A stretch of 64,000 bases of DNA, taken from the IMG/VR virus record IMGVR_UViG_3300025273_000046; one strand, written 5' to 3'. The notes beneath the pieces are model-generated. The model ran no database searches. It saw only the letters and a list, made by a program, of their open reading frames with translations, and was not told the DNA's origin. A program made the translations under genes and the position numbers. Each line of letters begins with the position of its first letter. The first letter of the stretch is position 1. This document shows, in pieces, positions 39,303-48,096 of the stretch. Source of the stretch: a virus.

Positions 39303-39941
39303 TCATACCTTTTCGAGGATTGCAAGAGGCATCAACACAGGGGTCACACCTCCGAACACTTCCATCTCGACAACCGCGTCACCCTTCGCATCACTCCGGC
39401 AGGAGATGACCTTTCCCAGGAAAGAGGCGAATGGACCCTCTGAAATTCGCACCTGTTGGCCCTTCTTGAAGATGCGGACCGGCTTCTCCCAGTCGAGGTT
39501 ACCACTTTCCGCCAACGCCTTGAAACGCTTCACTTCTTGATCCGCAATACGATGCGGTCTCATGCAGCCGCCAAGCACGTCCAGGACGTGCTCCATACCC
39601 CGAACGCCAAGGAAAGCTTCATCGCTCGCCATGAAGCGAAGCAGCACGTAGCCCGTCATGACCGGGATCAAACTAGCAGGGATGATGCGCCCACGACGGC
39701 GATACTCCGGCCCCTTGCGCATCGGCACAACAGCCTCGACACCGGCGTCATCGAGCGCTCTATTCACACTTTTCTCTCTGCCGGACATCACCCTGAGGGC
39801 AAACCAAGGCGAATCATCCCGCGCTCTGAGCGATGCGTAGTGCAGCATGTCAGCCCTGATTCGCCGCATACGGTCTTCGAACCCTTCGCTCCCACTGACA
39901 GCGATCGGCGCCCCTTCAAATCTGTCATGCTGCATCGTCAT
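39303..39941 (-). CDS. NusG-paralog transcription antiterminator (Q position)
   Basis: WFALRVMSGRE, MTGYVLL and KOW motif GQQVRISEGPFASF.GKV. Confidence 0.9.
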   Translation of the reverse strand: MTMQHDRFEGAPIAVSGSEGFEDRMRRIRADMLHYASLRARDDSPWFALRVMSGREKSVNRALDDAGVEAVVPMRKGPEYRRRGRIIPASLIPVMTGYVLLRFMASDEAFLGVRGMEHVLDVLGGCMRPHRIADQEVKRFKALAESGNLDWEKPVRIFKKGQQVRISEGPFASFLGKVISCRSDAKGDAVVEMEVFGGVTPVLMPLAILEKV

Positions 39942-41178
39942 CGCCCCTGCCCTCGTTCAACCTGCCTGCAAACTCTTCCATCGCCCGCTCGACTGCGTCG
40001 TCGAGATCCGCTTCGCTCTCGCCATAGGCGGCGATGCGGGGGAACTGCATCCATTCCAGCCCGTCCGGCGCTGGCAGCCACGGCCAGAACCGATTGACGT
40101 GCAGCCGCCGCCACGCTTCCCAGACATCGCTTCCGACCTTCACCTTGTCGAAGTCCTTCGAGAGTTCGACGATGCGCTGCGGCACGTGGAAACGCCGGCG
40201 CTGGACCGTCGTCTCGATCAGCTTCACCGCTTCCGGCCAGCCCTGCTTTTCCCGCTTGTCGCGCCAGATCATGCCGCTCTTTTCCGGGCTGGCATCGATG
40301 ATGTTTTCCTCGACTTTGTTGAGCTGCAGCTGTCGCATCGGGCGCAGCAGCTCGGCGAGCAACAGGCCGCGCCCTGCCCTGGAATAGGCCGTGTACGGCT
40401 CCGGCGCCTGGCCGGAATGCTGCGCATCCTTCTCTCCCAGCCGCTCCCAGGCTCGTTCGCTGAGATAGGTCGCCGCCGCCTTGGAGAACTTGCGGCCCGA
40501 GGCCTTCACGGTGGCGAGGTAGTCAGCCGTCCGCTCCTCGCATGCCCGGCGCTGCTCGGCCGTCAGGTCAAGCCAGGCGCGGCGGGCCGTCGTTTCCGTG
40601 TCCACGGCGTATGTCGGCCATGTGGCCCACCACCGCCTGAACCTCCGCTCCAGCGCTTTGGGATTTTCTTCCTCTTCACCGCCAAGCGCGGCGTCTCTCT
40701 CACTTCGTTCAACAGGGGGAGTTAAATTACTGTCGTTAATAGGTGCCGGTTCTGGACCGGCAGGGGGTGCCGCCCTAGGACCGGCAGGGGGTGCCGGTAT
40801 ACCGGCAGGGGGGGTGCCGGTTTTCTCGACATCGATAGGACCGAATTCCTCTTCGTCTTCGCCGTCCCATGCGGCAAATGCATTGCTGGTGACCGCCCGA
40901 TCGAGCACGACGCGGTACCAATGCGCGCTATCCCGACCATCAGCGCTCGCCACCTTCTGCTTTTCGACAGCACCGATTTCCGAAAGCCGATTTAGCGAAT
41001 CCTGCACCGTCGAGCGGCCGCAGCCGAGCTGTTCGGCCATCTTCACCTGGCTGCGCCGGCACCAGCCTTCCTTGTTGGTATAGGTGCCCAGCAGGCACAA
41101 GACACGAAGGTCGCTGCCCTTCAGGCGGCTGTCCGTGACGATCCACGCAGGGATAATCGAGAAGCGCGGGCTACCCAT
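39925..41178 (-). CDS. Replication initiator (HTH, lambda O-like)
   Basis: DLRVLCLLG...CRRSQVKMAEQLGCGRSTVQDSLNRL; internal iterons; SD GGAGG before ATG 41178. Confidence 0.85.
   Translation of the reverse strand: MGSPRFSIIPAWIVTDSRLKGSDLRVLCLLGTYTNKEGWCRRSQVKMAEQLGCGRSTVQDSLNRLSEIGAVEKQKVASADGRDSAHWYRVVLDRAVTSNAFAAWDGEDEEEFGPIDVEKTGTPPAGIPAPPAGPRAAPPAGPEPAPINDSNLTPPVERSERDAALGGEEEENPKALERRFRRWWATWPTYAVDTETTARRAWLDLTAEQRRACEERTADYLATVKASGRKFSKAAATYLSERAWERLGEKDAQHSGQAPEPYTAYSRAGRGLLLAELLRPMRQLQLNKVEENIIDASPEKSGMIWRDKREKQGWPEAVKLIETTVQRRRFHVPQRIVELSKDFDKVKVGSDVWEAWRRLHVNRFWPWLPAPDGLEWMQFPRIAAYGESEADLDDAVERAMEEFAGRLNEGRGDDDAA
40720..40820. repeat. Iteron array plus AT-rich tract (putative phage origin)
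   Basis: ACCGGCAGGGGGTGCCG-type units at about 40756, 40780 and 40801, adjacent to GTTAAATTACTGTCGTTAAT. Confidence 0.7.
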
Positions 41179-41191
41179 TTGCGCCTCCACA

Positions 41192-41243
41192 ATTCGGACA
41201 AAAATATCCGAAACCGTTTGACATTCGGACAAAAATATCCGAA
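41192..41243 (+). promoter_or_regulatory. hicAB promoter with two identical palindromic operators
   Basis: ATTCGGACAAAAATATCCGAA at 41192-41212 and 41223-41243 (TTCGGA-N8-TCCGAA), with TTGACA at 41218-41223. Confidence 0.75.
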
Positions 41244-41270
41244 TATCTCTTCATTGAAACGGAGACGGAC

Positions 41271-41468
41271 ATGGACAAGCGGGATCGCTTCATCGCTGAA
41301 CTCAGAGAGGAAGCAAAAGAGCGAGGCCTTTCCTTCCGGGTCAGCAAATCGAAGGGCAAGGGCGGGCATGCGACGGTCTGGATTGGGGACCGCTTCACGA
41401 CCCTCCCGAGCCGGGAGATAGACCCGAAGACGGCATCGAAGATAAGAAAGGGTCTGGGGCTCATCTGA
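41271..41468 (+). CDS. hicA: HicA-family toxin
   Basis: 65 aa basic protein with GKGGHA motif and EIDPKTASKIRKGLGL. Confidence 0.85.
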   Translation: MDKRDRFIAELREEAKERGLSFRVSKSKGKGGHATVWIGDRFTTLPSREIDPKTASKIRKGLGLI

Positions 41469-41542
41469 GCCCCGGACCTTCGTGGCGAAACCGCTTGCCC
41501 ATGTCGAACAAGGCCGATTTTGGCCGCATAGGAGACCGAACC

Positions 41543-41968
41543 ATGAAGACTTACGCTTACGCGGCAACCTTCGAGCCGACCGAAAAAGAAGGCGGCTTTA
41601 CTGTGACCTTCGCCGACGTGCCGGAGGCGATTACCGAGGGCGACGATATGGCCGACGCCCGCGCCATGGCGGCCGATGCACTCGGCGTTGCCCTGCTGAC
41701 ATACCTGGAAATGGGACGCCCGCTTCCGGAGCCGGCGACGGCTGGAACGATGATCTCGCCGGAGCCGGAGATCGCCATGAAGATCGCCGTCATCGAGACG
41801 TTCCGTGAGGCCGGGATTTCGCGAAGCGAGCTTGCCCGCCGCATAGGCAAGGACGAGAAGGAGGCGCGCCGCCTGTTGGACCCTGACGTCATCACGAAGC
41901 TGCCGTTGCTGGTCAGCGCTCTTGCCGCCATGGGCAAGCGCCTGGTGATCGGGCTTGAGGCGGCCTAG
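41543..41968 (+). CDS. hicB: HicB-family antitoxin with C-terminal HTH
   Basis: GGFTVTFADVPEAITEGDDMADARAMAADAL and ISRSELARRIGKDEKEARRLLDP. Confidence 0.92.
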   Translation: MKTYAYAATFEPTEKEGGFTVTFADVPEAITEGDDMADARAMAADALGVALLTYLEMGRPLPEPATAGTMISPEPEIAMKIAVIETFREAGISRSELARRIGKDEKEARRLLDPDVITKLPLLVSALAAMGKRLVIGLEAA

Positions 41969-41979
41969 ACGAACAACCA

Positions 41980-44601
41980 TCATTCTGCCGCCTCCGCCAC
42001 CGCGTCGAGCGCATCGAACATGTCGGGAACCGCGATCTTCGCTTCCGCCGCCCGGCAATAGCGCAGGCCATCGCGGAAATAGGTCGTCGACAGTTCCGAG
42101 GCCTGTCCGCGCCGGCCCTTCATGATGGCACGGTAAGGCACCGTCATCAGGCCGCCGAACGGGTCGTAGACGACGTCGCCGGGGTTCGAATAGCGATCGA
42201 TCAGCCGGTCGACGATATCGATCTGGAACGGACAGACGTGCTTTTCCAAGTTGCGCTGCGCCTGTTCGCCATTCAGCGTCCGCATGCGAACGATATCGGT
42301 CCAGACGGCCGGGTGCTTGGAACGCGGTGCGAGCGTCATATAGGTCTTCGACAGGTTGTCGCGCGCCGCCAGCTCCTCGCCGAGGCGCACGTGTTCGTCG
42401 AAGTCATAGACCTGAGTGCTGTCCTGCAGCTGCTTGAACAGGTCGGAGACCACCTTCGGCCCCATCCTCACCATCTCGTCGGTCGTCAGCAGGCGATTGC
42501 CTGACGACGGCCAGAAGGAATGGGCGTCCAGTTGCCAGCGCGCCAGCGTATAGCCGCTGTCCGGCACATGGGCGCGCCGATCTCCGTCCGACCAGGGCAC
42601 ATGCGAGCCGTCGGCGGCGATGACCCGCGGCGGCTGATGGACGATCCTCTCGTCGGCATAGCCCTTTGACCGGTCCGTCTGCGGCTTGCGGAACAGCAGG
42701 ACGTATTCCGGGCAGCCGACGCCCATCTTCGAGGCGTCCTTCATCATCTCGGAATAGGTCAGCCGATAGGTCTGGTTGTTCTCCGAGACGACATCAGTCG
42801 TGATGGTGATCATCCCGCAATACTGAAAGCCGTGCTTCAGGTAGTGGAAGATCGCTTCAGCATGGAAGGGCGAGATCGTCGGCACGCCCTCGCCGGTCAC
42901 CGCGCCAAACAGAACGCGATCCTTGACGTGGACGCAGGCGAGCCGCCCGGGCTGGATGATGCGCAGCAGCTCCGGCGTCAGGTAATCCATCTGCGACCAG
43001 AAATGATCGTTGTCGTCGGTATGGCCGAAGTCATTGTAGCTCTCGGTATATTCGTAGTGGTTGGAGAACGGCACCGAGGTCACCAGCAGCCCGACCGAAT
43101 TGTCAGCCGTCAGCTTCGCCTCTTCAACACAATCATTGTTGGCGATCTTGAAGAATTCGCCGGTCTCGACCCGCCGCTCCAACCCGACGGACCGTTTCAA
43201 CAGGTCATCGACCGGCAGCTGGTCGAGCCCGAATTTGCGGACGATCCCGGCCATCCGCTCCATCATCTCGTCATGATCGCGCCACTTGCGCTCCATCACG
43301 CGCCGGACCTCACGCTCGGCTTCGGAGTAGATGATATCGATACGGCATTCATGCACCTGGCCGAAACGGACGATGCGGTGGACCGCCTGGATGAAGTCGT
43401 GAAACTTGAAGCCGATCCCGACGAAGATCTCCCAGTGGCAATGCTTCTGGAAATTGCACCCGGCGCCCGACATTTCCGGCTTGGTGGCGAGATCGCGGAT
43501 CCTGCCATGCTTGAAACCGAGGGCATTCGCCTCGTTGATCTCGATCGACTGCGAACCGAAGATCGATGCGACGCCGGGCACGGCCGCCTCGATCGCGCGC
43601 CGCTCGTCCTCGAGGTCGTGCCAGAGGATGCGATGAGCCTCCGGATCCTCGGCGATCAACTCGCGCATCTTGTCGATCCGGGCATCGAGGCTTTCCCGCT
43701 TGGCAGCGCTCGCCTGCGTCACGCCGAGGGCAGCATTGTGGATCAGCAAGCCCTGCCCGTCGCGGTCATAGCCGGCGGAGCGCGGATCGAGCGATACCTC
43801 ATGCCAATGCACTTGCATCGGCGGCAGCTGATAGCCTTCGTCGGAGAAACCGAGGTCCGACGGCTTCTGCAGGAAGATCGCCCAGCTATGCACCCACAGC
43901 CAGAATTCCTCTTCCTTGTGCGCAAAGAGCGTCAGGTCGCCGGCCTTTTCCGAATTGCGCTGAAAGAACCGCGTCAACGCCTGCCCGGTATCCATGACGC
44001 CGAGGAACCCGGCATAGTGGATCAGCTCCTTCAGCCGGTTCGGGCTCGGCGTTGCGGTGGCGACGAACTTGTAACGCACCTTTTCGAAGAGCGGCAGGAA
44101 GGTCTGGAACGTCTTCGTGCCATAGCCGCGCAAGACGGCCGCCTCGTCGAGGCTGGCGGCGATGAAGCGCGATACGTCGATCTTGCCCTCGCGAACGCTC
44201 TCATAGTTCGTCAGGTAGATCAGCGGATTGCCTTCATTGCGCCCGTCGATCTCGTCGCGCATTTCCGATGTGGACTTGATGAACTTCAGCCGCACGGCGC
44301 AATCGCCCGTGAAACGCTCCTCGGCCTCGTCGAAGAACTCCTGCCGCACGCCGAGCGGCAGAACGATCAGGCAATTGCCTCCGATCGTCTGTCTGATCTT
44401 GCGCATCAGCTCGATCTGGATCGAGGTTTTGTGCAGGCCGAAATTGGCAAAGATCGCCCGCTGGCCGCCGCGGAGCGCCCACTGGACGATCTTCCGGCAA
44501 TGCGGGGCGAGCTGCCGGTTGAGATCGCTTTCACGAACGTCGAAACCGGTGGCGGTGGCAATGCGCATCTTGTTGCGCAGAAAGGCGCTGTAATCGTTCA
44601 T
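41980..44601 (-). CDS. SF2 (SNF2-like) helicase fused to an N4/N6 DNA methyltransferase
   Basis: GLHKT, LDEAA, TATP and QAVHRIVRFGQ helicase motifs; then TSVPF (motif IV-like) and DPFGG (motif I). Confidence 0.9.
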   Translation of the reverse strand: MNDYSAFLRNKMRIATATGFDVRESDLNRQLAPHCRKIVQWALRGGQRAIFANFGLHKTSIQIELMRKIRQTIGGNCLIVLPLGVRQEFFDEAEERFTGDCAVRLKFIKSTSEMRDEIDGRNEGNPLIYLTNYESVREGKIDVSRFIAASLDEAAVLRGYGTKTFQTFLPLFEKVRYKFVATATPSPNRLKELIHYAGFLGVMDTGQALTRFFQRNSEKAGDLTLFAHKEEEFWLWVHSWAIFLQKPSDLGFSDEGYQLPPMQVHWHEVSLDPRSAGYDRDGQGLLIHNAALGVTQASAAKRESLDARIDKMRELIAEDPEAHRILWHDLEDERRAIEAAVPGVASIFGSQSIEINEANALGFKHGRIRDLATKPEMSGAGCNFQKHCHWEIFVGIGFKFHDFIQAVHRIVRFGQVHECRIDIIYSEAEREVRRVMERKWRDHDEMMERMAGIVRKFGLDQLPVDDLLKRSVGLERRVETGEFFKIANNDCVEEAKLTADNSVGLLVTSVPFSNHYEYTESYNDFGHTDDNDHFWSQMDYLTPELLRIIQPGRLACVHVKDRVLFGAVTGEGVPTISPFHAEAIFHYLKHGFQYCGMITITTDVVSENNQTYRLTYSEMMKDASKMGVGCPEYVLLFRKPQTDRSKGYADERIVHQPPRVIAADGSHVPWSDGDRRAHVPDSGYTLARWQLDAHSFWPSSGNRLLTTDEMVRMGPKVVSDLFKQLQDSTQVYDFDEHVRLGEELAARDNLSKTYMTLAPRSKHPAVWTDIVRMRTLNGEQAQRNLEKHVCPFQIDIVDRLIDRYSNPGDVVYDPFGGLMTVPYRAIMKGRRGQASELSTTYFRDGLRYCRAAEAKIAVPDMFDALDAVAEAAE

Positions 44602-46733
44602 TCGGCAGCCTCGACGAATTCATAGCGCCCGTTGCACTCGGCGAGCAGCTGGATCATCTTCTTCGGCACGCTGTTGCCGACGAGGTGGCCGATCTGGGTT
44701 TTCGTGGGCTTGCGTTTGACGAGCTTGCCGCGCTCGTCGATGTATTCGATCACGTGGTCGAAGCTCTTCGGATCGAAGCCATGCGCCGCCGCACCCTCCA
44801 GCGGGTCGAGCATGCGCATGCAGATATCGGTGATGACCATCGTCTGGCCGTTCACCTGGACGGTGACGAGGCCATGGCGGGCGAGACCGGTCAGCGCCCG
44901 CAGCGGATCGTCGGCCCGCCCACCTTCCGAACCCGCGCCGTAATAGGCCTGCAAGAACGGCAGGATAAGCATTTCATGCCGTGCGCGCCCGCCGGTCTGT
45001 GTCGGCAGGGGGTGATCGACATCATGGCCGCTCTTGTTCGTTCCGCGCAAACTGCCAAGCGTTGCCGCGACGACCCCTTGCTGGGATTGCCCGCGATCGC
45101 CGCCTGTCGTGATCGTCGACAGCGGCTCGCGCGCATCGTGGCCGTCGTTGCCGGTATTGTGCTGCGCGAGGAAAACAGCGCCGACGCCCTGCTGGGGGTA
45201 AACCGTCAAGGTCGCGAGCGGATCGGCAGCATCACGCCCCGAGCGAAACTCGACAGAGCCGTCGGCGCGTGGGTCGCCGTTGTGCTGCGCCAGAAACGCT
45301 GCGACGAACGCAGCTTTCGAGCCTCCTGCCACCACGGTCCCGAGCGGCTCTTCGACGTCAAGCGTACGCGGCGCCTGGCCCTCCCTCTCGCCATACCCCG
45401 TTTGCACCATCGTCGCGGCAACAAGCGAGATGCCAGCCCCGCCCGCCGTGATCGTATGCAGCGGTTCGTCAGCCGCGCCGAACGGCTTCTGCGCATTGCG
45501 CATCGTCGACATGTGCACTGCCGCGACACCGAGCGGCGGCGCGCCACCCGGGCGCTTCTCGAAATTGTTCGCCGTATAGGTCGGCAACGGTTCCTCGGCG
45601 TCCGCGCCGGTCGAGCCCGACCGGAACTTCGTGAGATGAGCCGAGACCACTGCTTTGCCCGGGCTGGCCGCCACGGTGCGCAAAGGATCTTCCACGCTCC
45701 ATTCCGAGACGCCGCGCCCCTGCCCTTCACCGTGCGCCGTGTCGATGATCTGCGGCGTAATCAGCATCAGTTCGCCGCGATGCGCCGTCGTCATCGTCCG
45801 CAGCGGCTCGTCGATATCGTGCACCCTGTCGCCGCCGGCGTGCGTGATCGGCACGATAAAGGGCCGCTTGGCATTGACGACATAGCGCATCACGCCGCGG
45901 GCGATCCGGCGCAGCGTCGCTTCTGCCAGCGGCTTCTTGCGGTCGAAGATCGATTTGACGGGCAGCGACCAGTCGATGATCGTATATGCGCCTACCCATG
46001 GCTTCAGGCCGAGCGCCTTTGCCTTGTCGCGCGGCGCATGCGTGCGCTCCGGCCAGTAGATTGGCCCGCCGTCGGCACGTGCCACACCGAAGAAACGCTT
46101 GCGGATCGTCGGGATGCCGTAATCGGCGCAGACGAGGATACGGTGCTCGAAGCTATAGCCGAGGTCCTGCATGTGCCGCAGCCAGGCGCGCCAGATCCGG
46201 CCCTTGTGGCGCGGGTCCGGAATAAGCCATTGCTCCTCAACCGGGATGCGTTCTCCCTTTGCGGCGATCGAGCCGTCGCGCCGCATCGCTCGCCCCGTCT
46301 TCTTGTCGCGCTTGCAGATCAGCGGCCCCCAGGTCTTGATCTCCTGGACGTTCTCCATGGTGATCACCTCGGGCCGCACCTGCCCTGCCCAGCGCGGGAT
46401 CACCCATGCCAGCGAACGCCGCCGCTTGCTGACGGGCTTGGAGCCCTTGGCGACGGAAAAATGCGTGCAGTCCGGCGAGGCATGCAGGATGCGGACGCCG
46501 CGACCGCGCGTCGCCTCTTTCGGGTCGACCTCGAACACGTCGCAGCGCAGGTGCTTCGTATACGGGTGCCGCTTCTCATGCATGGCGATCGCCAGCGGAT
46601 CGTGGTTGACGGCGAGATGCACATGGAACCCTGCGTCTTCCAGCCCGTCGCAGCCGCCACCCATGCCAGCGAAAAGAACGACGGTCATGCGGTTGTCGAG
46701 CCCGAAGCTCCTCGGCATTGAGATCGAATTCAT
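44598..46733 (-). CDS. C5-cytosine DNA methyltransferase with a repeat-expanded variable region
   Basis: LFAGMGG (I), SPDC (IV), ENV (VI), RKRFF (VIII), GNSV (X). Confidence 0.93.
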   Translation of the reverse strand: MNSISMPRSFGLDNRMTVVLFAGMGGGCDGLEDAGFHVHLAVNHDPLAIAMHEKRHPYTKHLRCDVFEVDPKEATRGRGVRILHASPDCTHFSVAKGSKPVSKRRRSLAWVIPRWAGQVRPEVITMENVQEIKTWGPLICKRDKKTGRAMRRDGSIAAKGERIPVEEQWLIPDPRHKGRIWRAWLRHMQDLGYSFEHRILVCADYGIPTIRKRFFGVARADGGPIYWPERTHAPRDKAKALGLKPWVGAYTIIDWSLPVKSIFDRKKPLAEATLRRIARGVMRYVVNAKRPFIVPITHAGGDRVHDIDEPLRTMTTAHRGELMLITPQIIDTAHGEGQGRGVSEWSVEDPLRTVAASPGKAVVSAHLTKFRSGSTGADAEEPLPTYTANNFEKRPGGAPPLGVAAVHMSTMRNAQKPFGAADEPLHTITAGGAGISLVAATMVQTGYGEREGQAPRTLDVEEPLGTVVAGGSKAAFVAAFLAQHNGDPRADGSVEFRSGRDAADPLATLTVYPQQGVGAVFLAQHNTGNDGHDAREPLSTITTGGDRGQSQQGVVAATLGSLRGTNKSGHDVDHPLPTQTGGRARHEMLILPFLQAYYGAGSEGGRADDPLRALTGLARHGLVTVQVNGQTMVITDICMRMLDPLEGAAAHGFDPKSFDHVIEYIDERGKLVKRKPTKTQIGHLVGNSVPKKMIQLLAECNGRYEFVEAAE

Positions 46734-47029
46734 ATTGCCCCCCCGGCGCCCGCCAGCGCCGCCAGTTTGAGATTTCCCGCGGCGATGTGGACCGCCAGCA
46801 CGATCGTTTGCGGCAACTGGCCGTCGGCCAGCCGCGTTGCGTTGGTCATGGACAGCAGGGCGTCGAGATAGGCGACGCCCGCCTGGAAGCGATTGCCCTG
46901 GAGGATGGCGCGGATCGGCACCTGCTCGCGATGGAGCACGCCGTATGGGCAACGCAGCAGCCAATCGGCGCACGCTGCATCGCTCGCCGCCTCCATCAGT
47001 TGCTCGACGATCGGCAGGAGCCCGCTCAT
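46730..47029 (-). CDS. Hypothetical protein
   Basis: ATGA coupling on both sides. Confidence 0.65.
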   Translation of the reverse strand: MSGLLPIVEQLMEAASDAACADWLLRCPYGVLHREQVPIRAILQGNRFQAGVAYLDALLSMTNATRLADGQLPQTIVLAVHIAAGNLKLAALAGAGGAI

Positions 47030-47235
47030 CGCGCCACCATTGCCCAGGCGAGCCAGACGGCCAGCGAGGCGATTGCCGCCAGCGCAAGGAGGAGCAGATT
47101 GACGATGCGGTTCGCCAGCCGCGCATATTCCGGCGCGCGCGTCCGGAGCGAGCCTGCGGCCAGGCCGAAGACCACGACCGTCACCAGTAGCGGCACGATC
47201 CAGTTGCTAAATTCCAATGTCGCCCCCATAGGCAT
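47026..47235 (-). CDS. Small two-TM protein
   Basis: Hydrophobic, coupled to the downstream ORF. Confidence 0.55.
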   Translation of the reverse strand: MPMGATLEFSNWIVPLLVTVVVFGLAAGSLRTRAPEYARLANRIVNLLLLALAAIASLAVWLAWAMVAR

Positions 47236-47253
47236 GCCCTCGCGACAAACGTT

Positions 47254-47517
47254 TCACGTTTGCCGATTGCTGAAACAGTTTGATTTCGCTGCGTTTTCCG
47301 TTGCCATATTCAGGTAATTCATCGGGTCGAGCCCGACGACGCGGCAAAGCACAAGCACATTGACGACCGAAAGCTTGCGCTCATGCACTGCCCGCGACAG
47401 CATCGGCAGGTTCAGCAGCGGATGTTCCGCAGCCGCCGCCCGGTAGGAGCAGCCCTTGCGCTCCAGCCAACGCTTGACATCGCGCGCGAAGGCGCTGCTA
47501 TCGAATTCAGCCCGCAT
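47254..47517 (-). CDS. Small HTH-like protein
   Basis: SYRAAA...LNLPMLSRAV pattern. Confidence 0.6.
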   Translation of the reverse strand: MRAEFDSSAFARDVKRWLERKGCSYRAAAAEHPLLNLPMLSRAVHERKLSVVNVLVLCRVVGLDPMNYLNMATENAAKSNCFSNRQT

Positions 47518-47818
47518 TGCCGCCCTCCTGTCCGCCATCGTCGGTGAGCAGGATGCCGAGGCTTGCCGGATCGATCCAAAGCGCGGCCCAGATCTTCGCC
47601 CGCGTAGCGCCGGTCTTCAGCTTCCCCTTGCAGGCGAGATCAAACTCTTCGCGCGTCAGACCCGAACGCTTGCGCAGATTCGCCAGCGCCGCTTTCTCGC
47701 CATTGCGCGGCTGCGACGGGAAATCGAGCCGCACCATCATCGCCACCCGCAGGGCGATGAACTGCTTGAGCATGAGCGGTGAGAAATCGGTCGTCGGCAG
47801 TTGATGATGATCGCTCAA
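47507..47818 (-). CDS. Hypothetical protein
   Basis: Operon coupling. Confidence 0.65.
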   Translation of the reverse strand: MSDHHQLPTTDFSPLMLKQFIALRVAMMVRLDFPSQPRNGEKAALANLRKRSGLTREEFDLACKGKLKTGATRAKIWAALWIDPASLGILLTDDGGQEGGNAG

Positions 47819-48096
47819 GCGACGCCCTCCTGAACAAGGTGGAGATCATCACTGAAGCAGACGGGGCATTCAGCGCCGCCGGTTCCGATATCCAGCATGA
47901 CGTCAGCAAGAACGCCGAGCCTCTTGCAGCCATTGCAGCGATAGCTGCGCAGCGACATCCTATGGACAGGATGATTCTTCGGCGCAGCCTTGACCGCGGC
48001 CTCCACAGAATCGTCACCATTCGTATGCGGCAGTTTGGCCAGCGCACGGACATACGCGACCATAGCTTCATCGAATTGATCTGAGGCGTTGCTCAT
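47815..48096 (-). CDS. Zn-finger hypothetical protein
   Basis: CNGC...CPVC; coupled start. Confidence 0.6.
   Translation of the reverse strand: MSNASDQFDEAMVAYVRALAKLPHTNGDDSVEAAVKAAPKNHPVHRMSLRSYRCNGCKRLGVLADVMLDIGTGGAECPVCFSDDLHLVQEGVA

Noticed and set aside
40721-40740. Possible CtrA box TTAA...TTAA
   Set aside because: Spacer is 10 nt, not 7; better explained as the origin AT-rich tract.
41171-42058. 295-aa minus-strand ORF spanning hicAB
   Set aside because: Antisense to clearly recognisable hicA/hicB; Arg-rich composition without motifs.
42832-46721. 597-aa and 678-aa plus-strand ORFs
   Set aside because: Antisense shadows of the helicase-MTase and C5-MTase genes.
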